Below are positions 12,962 through 22,685 of a DNA stretch of 64,000 nt, one piece after another. Every line of letters begins with the position of its first letter. Within the stretch, counting starts at the first letter, position 1. Position numbers and translations under genes: made by a program. The DNA comes from Candidatus Eiseniibacteriota bacterium (lineage in GTDB: Bacteria > Eisenbacteria > RBG-16-71-46 > CAVPCR01), in the NCBI GenBank assembly GCA_963702435.1, contig CAVPCR010000003.1, positions 416,001 through 480,000 of the forward strand. Reading direction: 5' to 3'. A model generated the notes under the pieces. The model had not been told where the DNA came from and ran no database searches. It worked only from the letters and a program-made list of their open reading frames with translations.

Positions 12962-13334
12962 CGTCCTCCTCCACCCTGTCGGCTCCCGGTCAAGGCACAG
13001 CCGGGCGGCTCCCGGCGCCGTCACGACGCCCCCACCCGACCGCCGCCCCCCTAGTAGCACAGGCGAAGCCGCGGCTCAACGGCGGGGGTCGCGGGCCGGC
13101 GGAGGGGGCTCGAGGGAGCACGGCGCAGGGCCGGGACCGCGGCGCCCCCGGGTCTTGCCGAGCCGCCCCTCGCGCTCGGGTCACCGCACCGGGCCGGGTC
13201 GGACCTTGCTGCGGGGACCCGGCGGGTGCTATGCTACCTGTTTGTAGCCATGCGCTGAAGGCGTCGGGCACAGGACGAAGTACGCTCGGCGCACGAGTCA
13301 CCCCTCCCCGCTCTCCCCAGAGGTTTGTCCAATC

Positions 13335-13817
13335 ATGACCACGAAACAGACCAAGGAGGCCGCGAAGTCCAGGCCGGCCAGGGCCGCGAAGGCGGGCAAG
13401 GCGGTGATCGAGGTGGCCTCCGCCATCATCCGGCGGGATGGTCGCTATCTGGTCTCGCAGCGGCCGGAGGGGTCGCATCTCGGTCCGTGCTGGGAGTTTC
13501 CAGGCGGCAAGCGCCTCGCCGCCGAGACCATCGAGGAATGCGCCCAGCGCAAGGTGCGCGAGGAGCTGGGGATCGAGATCAGCGTCGACAAGATGTGGCG
13601 AGTGATCGAGCGCGCCTATCCGGAGCGCATCGTCCGGCTCCATTTCTTCCTCTGCACGCTCGAGTCCGGAACGCCGCGGGCGATCGGCTGCCAGCACTTC
13701 CGCTGGATCCAGCCAAGCGAGTTCGGCAACTACGAGTTCCCGCCTGCCGATCTCGACATCGTACACGAGCTGGCACGGCGATCCCTGCGTCTCGCCGCTG
13801 CGGCCGCCGCCGTCTAG
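13335..13817 (+). CDS. mutT: NUDIX hydrolase, MutT-like
   Basis: WEFPGGK...ECAQRKVREELGI, FPPAD. Confidence 0.8.
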   Translation: MTTKQTKEAAKSRPARAAKAGKAVIEVASAIIRRDGRYLVSQRPEGSHLGPCWEFPGGKRLAAETIEECAQRKVREELGIEISVDKMWRVIERAYPERIVRLHFFLCTLESGTPRAIGCQHFRWIQPSEFGNYEFPPADLDIVHELARRSLRLAAAAAAV

Positions 13818-13854
13818 CGCGCGCCCGAGCCGACGCCGGGTCTCGACGATCGCC

Positions 13855-14493
13855 ATGCAGATCGATCCCCGCGATCTCGCGGTGAAGGCGGCGTATCCGC
13901 TCTTCATCTCGACGATCGTGCCCCGCCCGATCGCGTGGGTGTCCACCCTTTCCCCCGACGGCCGCCCGAACCTGGCGCCGTTCAGCTTCTTCATGGGCGT
14001 CACCTCCGACCCGCCCACGCTGGCCGTCGCCATCGGCAGGCGGCGCGGCGAACCGAAGGACACTGCGCGCAACATCGAGGCCGCCGGCGAGTTCGTGGTC
14101 AACGTGGTCACCACCGACCTCGCCGGCGCCATGGTGCTCACATCGGCCGACTTCCCGCCCACGGTGAACGAGTTCGCGGAAGTGGGGCTGACGCCGCTCC
14201 CGTCCGCGCGCGTCAAACCGCCGCGGGTCGCGGAGTCGCCGCTCCACATGGAGTGCCGGCTCGAACGCCTCCTCACGATCGGGCGCTCCGGCACCGCGCT
14301 CGCGATCGGGGAGGTCGTGCTCTTCCACATCGCCGACGAGCTGTGGACCGGACACGACGTCGACATCGCCCGGCTCAAGCCCCTCGGCCGCCTGGGCGGC
14401 GCTCTCTACGCGCCGATCGAGCGGACGATCGCGATCCCGCGGCCGGAGATCGATCCGGCGACCGGCCGCCTGCGCAGCACACCCGCCCGCTGA
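13855..14493 (+). CDS. flavin reductase family protein
   Basis: PRPIAWVST, NLAPFSFF, KDTARNI, PLGRLGG. Confidence 0.9.
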   Translation: MQIDPRDLAVKAAYPLFISTIVPRPIAWVSTLSPDGRPNLAPFSFFMGVTSDPPTLAVAIGRRRGEPKDTARNIEAAGEFVVNVVTTDLAGAMVLTSADFPPTVNEFAEVGLTPLPSARVKPPRVAESPLHMECRLERLLTIGRSGTALAIGEVVLFHIADELWTGHDVDIARLKPLGRLGGALYAPIERTIAIPRPEIDPATGRLRSTPAR

Positions 14494-14507
14494 GCGGAGC
14501 GCCCGCT

Positions 14508-14939
14508 TCACTCCTCGTTCGCGTCCGGCAGGCGGCGCGCGGCCTTCCGTCGCTTGGCGAGCGCCTTCGCGCGCAGCCGCTCGGCGGCGGCCGCGGCCGG
14601 CGGGCGAGTCGGCCGCCGCGGGCGCGGCGGCACGAGCGCGCGCTCGATCAGCTCGCGCAGCTTTTCGCGACAATCATCGAGATTCCGCGCCTGGGTGCGG
14701 TAGCGCTGGCTCGTGATCACGAGCTCCCCGGCGGCGGTGATCCGCCGGCTGGCGAGCCGGCAGAGGCGCTCCTTGACCGCGGGCGGGAGCGCCGCCGACG
14801 AGGCCGGCGCATAGCGGAGCTCGACCCGCGTCTCCACCTTGTTCACGTTCTGCCCGCCCGGACCGCCGGCGCGCGAGAAGGTCGCGGCCAGCTCGGACGC
14901 CGGGATCACGATCCCGCGGCGCACCGGCAGCGGTTCCAC
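14508..14939 (-). CDS. arfB: alternative ribosome rescue peptidyl-tRNA hydrolase ArfB
   Basis: SRAGGPGGQNVNKVET; basic C-terminal tail. Confidence 0.93.
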   Translation of the reverse strand: MEPLPVRRGIVIPASELAATFSRAGGPGGQNVNKVETRVELRYAPASSAALPPAVKERLCRLASRRITAAGELVITSQRYRTQARNLDDCREKLRELIERALVPPRPRRPTRPPAAAAAERLRAKALAKRRKAARRLPDANEE

Positions 14940-14950
14940 GCCTCTCTCCC

Positions 14951-16288
14951 CTAGACGGGCAGGGAGAGCGGCTGGGCCATGGTCGCCTCGATGTCGGCGA
15001 TCTCCTTGGGCACCGCCGCCGTCAGCACCTCGTGCCCGCCGCGGGTGACGAGCACGTCATCCTCGATCCGCACGCCGATCCCCAGGTACCGCCGGGGAAC
15101 GCCGCGCGCATCGGCCGGGACGTAGATCCCCGGCTCGACCGTCAACACGTGCCCCGGCATGAGCTTCCGCCAGCGCTTGCCCTGCTTGTAGCTCCCGACA
15201 TCGTGCACGTCCATCCCCAGCCAGTGGCTCGTCCCGTGCATGTAGAAGCGCTTGTACTTCTCCTTCTTGATGAGATCGGCCACGCTGCCGCGCAGGAGGC
15301 CGAGCCCGACGAGACCGCGGGTGATGACGCGCACCGCCGTGTCGTGGACGCGGTTGAACGGCACCCCGGGACGGATGGCCTCGATCGCCGCCTTCTGGGC
15401 GGCGAGCACCACGGTGTAGATGTCGCGCTGGGCCGGGGAGAAGCGCCCGTTCACCGGACAGGTGCGGGTGATGTCGCCGGTGTAGAGCCCGTACTCGGCG
15501 CCGGCATCGATGAGCAGGAGCTCGCCGGCGGCCATCTCCCGGTCGTTCTCGTTGTAGTGGAGGATGGTGGCGTTCGCGCCCGAGGCGACGATGTGGTTGT
15601 AGCCGGGAGAGCGGGCCCCCAGCTTCTTGAACACGTACTCGAGAACCGCCTCGATCTCGTACTCCATCATCCCGGGCCGGGCGGCGCGCATCGCGGCGAT
15701 GTGACCGGCGCCGCTGATGGCGGCGGCGCGCCGGTGGAGGTGGATGTCCTCCGGACCCTTGGTGAGCCGCATCTCATGCAGCACCTCGCGCAGGTCGAGC
15801 ACGGCCGACGGCGGCTTGATCCCGGCGCGGCTCTTCCTGCGGAACCCGTCGAGGATCGCGTTCACCCTGGCGTCGAACTCCGGGTACTTGCCCGGCGCAA
15901 GGAAGACGCGATCGGCGGCGGCCAGGAGCTTCGGCAGCTCCTCGTCGAGAGCGGCGATCGGATAGGCGAGATCGGCGCCGAAGACCCGGCGCACCCCATC
16001 GGGCCCGTAGCGGCGCCCATCCCACGTCTCGCGCTCGGGATCGCGCGGCTGCACGAAGAGGACGAACGGCTTGGCCTGTCCGGGCCGGAGCACGGCCACG
16101 GCGTGGGGCTCGCTGAATCCGGTCAGGTAGTAGAAGTCGGTGTCCGGGCGATAGGGGTACTCGGTGTCGTTGGACCGGGTCCGCTGCGGGGCCGTGGGAA
16201 CGAGCACCACGCCGCGCCCGAGCTGGCGCATGAGCTCGCGGCGGCGGCGGGCGAAGAGCCCGGAGTCCGGGCGACCATTTGTGCTCAC
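14951..16288 (-). CDS. pepP: Xaa-Pro aminopeptidase
   Basis: DFYYLTG, GDITRT, HWLGMDVHD, TVEPGIY, GVRIEDD. Confidence 0.94.
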   Translation of the reverse strand: MSTNGRPDSGLFARRRRELMRQLGRGVVLVPTAPQRTRSNDTEYPYRPDTDFYYLTGFSEPHAVAVLRPGQAKPFVLFVQPRDPERETWDGRRYGPDGVRRVFGADLAYPIAALDEELPKLLAAADRVFLAPGKYPEFDARVNAILDGFRRKSRAGIKPPSAVLDLREVLHEMRLTKGPEDIHLHRRAAAISGAGHIAAMRAARPGMMEYEIEAVLEYVFKKLGARSPGYNHIVASGANATILHYNENDREMAAGELLLIDAGAEYGLYTGDITRTCPVNGRFSPAQRDIYTVVLAAQKAAIEAIRPGVPFNRVHDTAVRVITRGLVGLGLLRGSVADLIKKEKYKRFYMHGTSHWLGMDVHDVGSYKQGKRWRKLMPGHVLTVEPGIYVPADARGVPRRYLGIGVRIEDDVLVTRGGHEVLTAAVPKEIADIEATMAQPLSLPV

Positions 16289-16628
16289 GAGGCGATCACT
16301 CCTCTCCTCAGGAAGCGGCCGGGGGCGACCGGGCCGTGCGTGCGAGCGGGGCTCCTGGGCGAGCGATCCGCTCCCGGCGGCGGGCCGATGGCGCGCGGCT
16401 CCGTATCGCGCCTGTCCAGCCGGATCGCGCCAGTCTACACGAGGGCCCGTGGAGCGAAAGCCCCGGGCCGGGCCGCCCGGCCCCGCCTCCGCTCCCCGCC
16501 GCGGGCGGCATCGGGCCCCGGTCGGCGGACCCGGCGCCCCTCGCCTTCACAGCAGCGGTCGCCGGATGTGGCATGATAGCGGCTGCGGCACGCCGCCGCC
16601 GCGGCCGGCGCCGGAAGGGACGAGGACG

Positions 16629-17510
16629 ATGATCGAGGAACACTGGGGACTCCAGCACGGGCCGTTCACGCTGCATCCGGACGTCCGCTTCCTCTTCGAA
16701 TCGGCCGGCCATCGCGAGGGGCTGGCCCGACTGCTCTTCGCCGTGGGCGAGCTGCGGGGCGGCATCACGCTGCTCACCGGGGAGATCGGCTGCGGCAAGA
16801 CCACGCTGGCGCGCGCGCTCACGCGGCTCCTGCCCGCCGAGCGCTATCGAACCGCCTTCATCATCAACCCGCTGCTGCCCGCGGGGCAGCTCCTCGCGGC
16901 GATCCTCCGCGAGTTCGGCGGCGAGCGGCTGCGGGGCAGCAAGGCCGAGCTCGCCGCCGCGCTCCACGGTCATCTCGCGGCGCTCGCCGCGCGGCGCGTT
17001 CTCGCCGTGCTCATCGTCGACGAGGCGCAGCTCCTCGGTCGCTCGCAGCTCGAGGAGCTGCGCCTGCTCACCAATCTCGAGACGAACGAGGAGAAGCTTC
17101 TCCATCTCGTGCTGATCGGACAGCCCGAGCTCGCCGCGCGCGCCGCCCGCTTTCCCGAGCTCGCTCAGCGCATCACCATGCGCTTCCATCTCCGCCCGCT
17201 CTCCTTCGCCGAGACCGGGAGCTACATCGGCCATCGCCTCCGCGTGGCCGGCGCGAGCCAGCCCCTGTTCTCCGACGGCGCGATCGCGGAGATCTATCGC
17301 CACACCGGGGGCGTGCCCCGCCTCATCAACATCGCCTGCGCTCACGCGCTCTTTCTCGCCGCCGCCGCCGGGCGACCCCAGGTCGACGCGGCGGCCGCCG
17401 CCAGCGCGGCGCGCGAGATCGACCCGACCGCGGAACGTGCGGCGGCGCGTCCGGGACCCGGCGCGGCCGCCGAGCGTCCCATCCCGTTCCGCGCCGCGCG
17501 CCTCAGGTGA
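16629..17510 (+). CDS. ExeA-like AAA ATPase
   Basis: PF..PD..FLF, GEIGCGKT Walker A, LIVDEAQ Walker B, LIGQPEL, GGVPRLIN. Confidence 0.9.
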   Translation: MIEEHWGLQHGPFTLHPDVRFLFESAGHREGLARLLFAVGELRGGITLLTGEIGCGKTTLARALTRLLPAERYRTAFIINPLLPAGQLLAAILREFGGERLRGSKAELAAALHGHLAALAARRVLAVLIVDEAQLLGRSQLEELRLLTNLETNEEKLLHLVLIGQPELAARAARFPELAQRITMRFHLRPLSFAETGSYIGHRLRVAGASQPLFSDGAIAEIYRHTGGVPRLINIACAHALFLAAAAGRPQVDAAAAASAAREIDPTAERAAARPGPGAAAERPIPFRAARLR

Positions 17511-17601
17511 TCCGCCATCGAGCGACCATCGCCGGGCGGCGCGGCGGTCCGGCGACAACCAGAGAGACAACCAGGATGACGACCAGGAAGACGAGGAACG
17601 C

Positions 17602-18189
17602 ATGAACGAGCCCCGAGAGGATCAGCCGCTCGATCCGGAATCGCCGCCCGCACCGGCGAGCTACCTCCGCTTTCTCGAGCAGTGGGCGCCCGCGTCCGGC
17701 CCCGCCCCGACGCCGGACCCGGCGGTGCCGGCCGGCGAGCCGGACGGGCGGAAGGCACGCGTCCGGACATCGCGACGGAGACCGCGGCGGGCGCGCCGGG
17801 CCGCCGCAGGCGACGCGCTTGCACCGTTCCTCGCGCCCCGCCGGCGCACGGCGACCGAGCCCCTCAAGGTGCGCCTCGCCGCCGAGCAGCTCTACTGGCT
17901 CCGCCTCACCGCGGCGCGCGCCGGCCGCAAGGTGAGCGAGTCCACCATCGTCGCGGCGGGGCTCCGCGTCATCGAGTGGCTGGATCTCGACTGGCGCTGC
18001 ATAGACTCGCGTGCCGCGCTCGCGGCAGCCCTCGGCGAGGCGCTCGGCGCCGCGGCCCCGCCGGCTTCCGGCCTCAAGGCCACCGAGCGCGAATGGGAGG
18101 CCATGCAGAGGCAACTCGGAGCGGGACCGTCCGCCGTTCCGTCACCCGCCGCGCGCCCCACCCCCGCCGCGGACGAGGACCGACCCTAG
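17602..18189 (+). CDS. hypothetical protein, possible C-terminal ribbon-helix-helix
   Basis: GAGGAA RBS; disordered N-terminus, then LKVRLAAEQLYWL...KVSESTIVAAGL. Confidence 0.6.
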   Translation: MNEPREDQPLDPESPPAPASYLRFLEQWAPASGPAPTPDPAVPAGEPDGRKARVRTSRRRPRRARRAAAGDALAPFLAPRRRTATEPLKVRLAAEQLYWLRLTAARAGRKVSESTIVAAGLRVIEWLDLDWRCIDSRAALAAALGEALGAAAPPASGLKATEREWEAMQRQLGAGPSAVPSPAARPTPAADEDRP

Positions 18190-18191
18190 AC

Positions 18192-18674
18192 ATGCCCGGG
18201 ACCCGCCTCGGAGCAATGCGCGCGGAGACGCCGTTCCTGACCTTTCTCCGCGTCCTCGTGCGCAAGCGGCTCGACGAGATGATGGCGCACTACGAGGGCA
18301 CGCTGGCCGGGAACGCCGAGGCCTTGCACGACATGCGTGTCGCGTCCCGCCGGCTCCGCAGCGCGCTCCTCCTCGGCCGCGGCCTGTTCTCCGCGCGCCG
18401 CCGCTTTCGCCGGCTCGAGCGGCGCATTGCGCGCTTCACGGCGGCGCTGGGCCGCGTCCGCGATCTCGATGTCCTCCTGCTCGCGCTCGAGGGCGAGCGC
18501 GCCCGCGTTTCCGCCGACGACCGTCCGCATCTCGATCGCCTCGCCGCCCATGTCGACGGCCGCCGTGCCGAACGCCGCGAGGCGATGTCGGAGGCCCTGC
18601 GCGCGCTCGGCCGCCCGGAGCAGCTCCTCCGCTTCACGTCCTTCTTCGACGATGCTCCCATCGCGGAGCGTTGA
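18192..18674 (+). CDS. CHAD domain protein, N-half type
   Basis: ALHDMRVASRRLRSAL...LGRVRDLDV. Confidence 0.85.
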   Translation: MPGTRLGAMRAETPFLTFLRVLVRKRLDEMMAHYEGTLAGNAEALHDMRVASRRLRSALLLGRGLFSARRRFRRLERRIARFTAALGRVRDLDVLLLALEGERARVSADDRPHLDRLAAHVDGRRAERREAMSEALRALGRPEQLLRFTSFFDDAPIAER

Positions 18675-18677
18675 GCT

Positions 18678-19325
18678 GTGGCCCGCCCGTCGCCCATCCC
18701 CGGCCTCCGCCCCCATGAGTCCACGCTCGAGGCCATGCGCCTGATCGTCCCGGTCCGGCTCGAGGATCTCTGCGCGCTGGCCCCGGCGGTCGCCGATCCC
18801 GCGGCCGTACGCGATCACCACAACATGCGGATCGCCGCCAAGCGTCTCCGCTACACGCTCGAGATCTTCCGCTTCCTCCTCCCGGAGGTGTTCACCCCGG
18901 CCATCGCCAAGGTGCGCCAGATTCAGGACCGACTCGGTCTCGTTCACGATCTCGATGTCTTCGTGCCCTTCTGCGAGCGCCACCTCGAGCACCGGCGCGA
19001 GGAGCAGGCGGCCGAGCTCGGCCGCCTGCTCTTCCCCGGCGACGAGCCGAGCGACGCGCCCCGCGCCGTCGCCGACGTGCGCCGCACCCTCGATCAGGCG
19101 GACGGGGCGGCCGAGCGCCGGGCGCTCCTCCGCCTCATCGAGCACCTGCGGGCGCGCCGCCGCCGCGTTTTCAGCGAGTTTCAGCAGTACTGGCAGCACC
19201 TGGTCGCTCTAGGCTTCCGCGAGTCGCTGTATGCGGGGATCGGTGTCGATCCGCTCGCCGTGGCGGCCACCGGCACCGACCCGGCGGCAGATGCCGCAGC
19301 CGGGGAGCTCCCGACCGCGAATTAG
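18678..19325 (+). CDS. CHAD domain protein, C-half type
   Basis: HHNMRIAAKRLRYTLE...QDRLGLVHDLDV. Confidence 0.85.
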   Translation: MARPSPIPGLRPHESTLEAMRLIVPVRLEDLCALAPAVADPAAVRDHHNMRIAAKRLRYTLEIFRFLLPEVFTPAIAKVRQIQDRLGLVHDLDVFVPFCERHLEHRREEQAAELGRLLFPGDEPSDAPRAVADVRRTLDQADGAAERRALLRLIEHLRARRRRVFSEFQQYWQHLVALGFRESLYAGIGVDPLAVAATGTDPAADAAAGELPTAN

Positions 19326-19405
19326 CGCGGATCCGGGGGCATCCGCGATATGATCCCCCGGTCCCGGCGGGTCATCCCCCCCATGGCCCCTTCCACACCT
19401 GCATA

Positions 19406-19421
19406 TGGAATGACGGTTGCA
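19406..19421 (+). promoter_or_regulatory. putative sigma54 promoter
   Basis: TGGAATGACGGTTGCA (GG-N10-GC). Confidence 0.45.
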
Positions 19422-19503
19422 ACCGAGCCGCGGACAGAGCCCATCGCGGTCGCGGTCGCGGCCGCTCGAGCGGATCCTGCCTGCAACTTGGGGTTACAGC
19501 AGC

Positions 19504-21597
19504 ATGGCAATTGACCCAACCTGCATCCTGCGCGCGCCGCAAGCGCACCATGAACGAGCCATCCGCCGCCACGCACCGACCCTGATCCGGGCCGTCGCGC
19601 GCCGTGCAGCCGGCCTCATGGCCATGCTCGCCCTGAGCGTCGCCCTGGGCGCGGCGCCAGCCCCGGCGGTCGCCGCCGAGCCGCCCTTCACGAGCGGCTA
19701 CCCGCACCTCTTCTACGACGACACGGGCTGGCTCGACGGTCGGCTCGACGTGATCGCGCGTTTCGATGCCCTGTCCACGGCCTTCTGGAACGGCGAGGGC
19801 ACGACCGCCGCCCGCCTGGACTCGCTCGCCACCATGAACCCGGATCTCCTCCGCCTCGCCTACGTCAACGTGGCGGGGCGGAGCCTGCCGCACATCGAGG
19901 ATCCGCAGCACGTCGTCAACCGCCTGGATCGCGCGATCGCCGACGAGTGGTTCGTGCGCAACGAGTTCGGCGAGCTGGTCTACTGGGACCCGCGCATCCC
20001 CAACATGCCGCTGCTCAACGTCTCCACCCGCTGCCCCCGCGTGAACGGCAAGACCTGGGGCGAGTTCATCGCCGACTTCATGGTGAGCGACATGCTGTCG
20101 GGCGGGCGCTGGGACGGATTCATGATGGACAACGTGTGGAACGGCGCGGCCTGGATGAATGCCACGATCCCCGGCTCGCTCGACCTGGATCGGAACGGGG
20201 TGGCCGATCCACCCGATTCAGTGGATGTCTGGTGGAACGCGGGCCTGGCCCACATGCTCACGCGCTTCCGTGCCCAGGCCGGTCCCGGCGTCATCGTGGT
20301 CGGCAATGGCAACGGCCGGCAGTTCGGCACCATGAACGGGCGCTACTTCGAGGACTTCCCGTTCCGTGAAGGCTGGGCCGGCAGCCTCCAGCAGGCCGCG
20401 GACTGGCAGACCTACGGGCAGGCCCCGGTCCTCCTCGCCGGGGTCACGCGCTCGACCGCGGGCGACTTCCAGCGCATGCGCTACGGGCTCTGCACCGGGC
20501 TCATGGCGAACATGTTCACGTTCCACTACGCCGAGGAACACCCCTGGCCCAACCCCGTCTTCTATGACGAGTACGCCGCCGATCTCGGGCAGCCGCGCGG
20601 CGCCCCGATCGAGCTCGGCATCGACGTCGTCGCCACGGCCGACTTCGACACCGGTTTCCCGGACATCTTCCCCGGCACCTGCGGAGCGGGCGAGGTCGAG
20701 TGGACGACCGACCCCGACCTCGTCCTCTCCGGCACCGGCGCCGTGCTCGGGCGCTTCGGCAACGAGCCGGGGGCGTGGCATTTCTTCCTCTGCTCCTCCC
20801 CCACCGCGCTGCCCCTCGCCGCCAATGCGACGTACACGGTCTCCTTCGAGTACCGCGTGGTGAGCGAGCCGCCGAGCAATGGCTACTTCTACGTCGGCGC
20901 CCGCTCCGACGTGAACCTGAACGCGTCGGACCGGAATCTCATCATCCTCGACCCGCCGGCGGGCGCGGTGGGCCAGGCGCGCGCCGATGTCACGCTCGGT
21001 CCCTACAGCGGCTACTACCTCTACTTCGGCATGCTGAACGGCGGATCGATCGTCATCGACTCGATCCAGATCGTGAGCGGGCGCGGCGGAGTGTTCCGCC
21101 GCGATTTCGACAAGGGGTTGGCCCTCGTCAATCCGACGACGGCGCCGCTCACGGTGGACATCGAGGGCGGGTTCTTCCGGATCGCCGGCGTGGTCGACCC
21201 CGTCACCAACGACGGAACGCCGGTCTCCCGCGTCACGCTGCCGGCGCTCGACGGCCTCGTCCTCCTCCGCGGACCGCAGGTCGTCGAGGATCCCTCCGGC
21301 GGCGTGCCCGCGACGCCGCCCGCGGCCACCGGGATCTACGGCTTCCCGAACCCCGTGGATCTCACGGCCAGCCAGCCTGTGACGATCGCGGGCGTGCCCG
21401 CCGGCGGGTCGGTGGCCATCATCGCGCCGTCCGGGCGCGTGATCCGCCGCCTTACCGGGTTCGACGGCGGCGGCCCCTCGAGCTGGGACCTGCGCGCGAG
21501 CGGCGGCCGCCGGGTGCCGGCCGGAATCTACACGGCGGCGGTGCGCGATGCCAGGAACCGCCCGGCCGGCGCCACGCGCCTCGTCCTCAAGCACTAG
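19504..21597 (+). CDS. secreted putative glycoside hydrolase (GHL15-like) with CBM-like insert and C-terminal FlgD-Ig/sorting-like domain; start could be 19618
   Basis: Signal peptide; WDGFMMDN, MRYGL, YDEY..DLGQP, VFRRDFDKGLALVNP; C-terminal FPNP...SGRVIRRL...WD...VPAGIY. Confidence 0.7.
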   Translation: MAIDPTCILRAPQAHHERAIRRHAPTLIRAVARRAAGLMAMLALSVALGAAPAPAVAAEPPFTSGYPHLFYDDTGWLDGRLDVIARFDALSTAFWNGEGTTAARLDSLATMNPDLLRLAYVNVAGRSLPHIEDPQHVVNRLDRAIADEWFVRNEFGELVYWDPRIPNMPLLNVSTRCPRVNGKTWGEFIADFMVSDMLSGGRWDGFMMDNVWNGAAWMNATIPGSLDLDRNGVADPPDSVDVWWNAGLAHMLTRFRAQAGPGVIVVGNGNGRQFGTMNGRYFEDFPFREGWAGSLQQAADWQTYGQAPVLLAGVTRSTAGDFQRMRYGLCTGLMANMFTFHYAEEHPWPNPVFYDEYAADLGQPRGAPIELGIDVVATADFDTGFPDIFPGTCGAGEVEWTTDPDLVLSGTGAVLGRFGNEPGAWHFFLCSSPTALPLAANATYTVSFEYRVVSEPPSNGYFYVGARSDVNLNASDRNLIILDPPAGAVGQARADVTLGPYSGYYLYFGMLNGGSIVIDSIQIVSGRGGVFRRDFDKGLALVNPTTAPLTVDIEGGFFRIAGVVDPVTNDGTPVSRVTLPALDGLVLLRGPQVVEDPSGGVPATPPAATGIYGFPNPVDLTASQPVTIAGVPAGGSVAIIAPSGRVIRRLTGFDGGGPSSWDLRASGGRRVPAGIYTAAVRDARNRPAGATRLVLKH

Positions 21598-21655
21598 CCC
21601 GCGCAGAGCGGCCATCCGCGGATCGCGCGGGCACGCGGCGGGCGGGCCGCCCCGC

Positions 21656-21982
21656 TCAGCCGCCCGCGCGATCGCCGAGCACGTCGTCGATCCAGGAGAG
21701 CGCGGCCATCATCCGCGGAAAGCCGATCGTCGTCGTCGCCAGGAGCGCGGCGTGGCGGATCTCGGCGGGGCTCGCTCCCGCCTCCAGGGCTTTCCGCGTG
21801 TGCGAATGGACCGCGCCCTCGTGCTGCATGCCGATCGCGACGCCCAGCTTGACGAGCGCGCGCTGCGGCGCGGCGAGGGGACCGGCATCCTGGCAGGCAT
21901 CGCCCAGGGCGGTGTACGCCGCGACGATCCGCGGCTGTTCGCGCTCGAAGCGCTGGAAACGTCCCGGCACCTTGGTGCTCAT
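21656..21982 (-). CDS. carboxymuconolactone decarboxylase (CMD/AhpD-like) family protein
   Basis: GPL....ALVKLG, GAVHSHTRKALEAGAS, TTIGFP. Confidence 0.88.
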   Translation of the reverse strand: MSTKVPGRFQRFEREQPRIVAAYTALGDACQDAGPLAAPQRALVKLGVAIGMQHEGAVHSHTRKALEAGASPAEIRHAALLATTTIGFPRMMAALSWIDDVLGDRAGG

Positions 21983-22170
21983 GTGCTGCTCCTCATCGTG
22001 GAACCCGTCCTGTCCCGGTGGCGGCCCCGCGTCCCCGCCGCGCCGGCGCGGGCATCGCCGGCGCGGCTCCGGAGGCCGTATTGTAGCGACTCGGGACGAC
22101 GCCGGGAACCGCCGCGGGGCACCAGCCCGGGGCCAGCCGGCCAGGAGACCGCACCAACCATGGAGGGAGA

Positions 22171-22542
22171 ATGGGCACGAAGCTCGACCAGTTCCACGCA
22201 TACCGCGAGCGGATGAACGCGCGCATCCTCGACACCGGCAACCTCGAGACCAAGCGCTTCTTCGCCCTCGATACCCGCACCTACGAGGAGGGCGCCTTGA
22301 GCGTGCGGACGAAGGAGCTCCTCGGCCTCGTCGCCTCGGCGGTCCTCCGCTGCGACGACTGCATCACGTATCACCTGGTGCAGTCGGCGCGCGCGGGCGT
22401 GACGCGGGCCGAGATGGTGGAGGCGCTGAACGTCGCTCTCGTCGTCGGCGGCTCGATCGTGATCCCGCACCTCCGGCGCGCCTACGAGACGATGGACGAG
22501 CTCGCGGTGGCGCCGGGGCCCGCCAAGGGCGCCGCCGACTGA
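22171..22542 (+). CDS. CMD/AhpD-like family protein with CxxC
   Basis: KELLGLVAS.VLRCDDCITYH, VVGGSIVIPH; GGAGGGAG RBS. Confidence 0.9.
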   Translation: MGTKLDQFHAYRERMNARILDTGNLETKRFFALDTRTYEEGALSVRTKELLGLVASAVLRCDDCITYHLVQSARAGVTRAEMVEALNVALVVGGSIVIPHLRRAYETMDELAVAPGPAKGAAD

Positions 22543-22685
22543 TCATCGATCCCGGGCGCAAATGGCGGCCGGCCGCGAGCACGGTTGCCACCGCCCGCTT
22601 GCGCGCGCCGGGGCGCCCCGGGGATACTCGACCGCGTCCCGTCCCGGCCTCGCGTCACCCACCTGCCATCGGAGCGAGCGACGTC

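Noticed and set aside
18672..18677. Selenocysteine read-through joining the CHAD halves
   Set aside because: No convincing hairpin after the TGA, the position is not a Cys-type site, and gene 2 has its own plausible start
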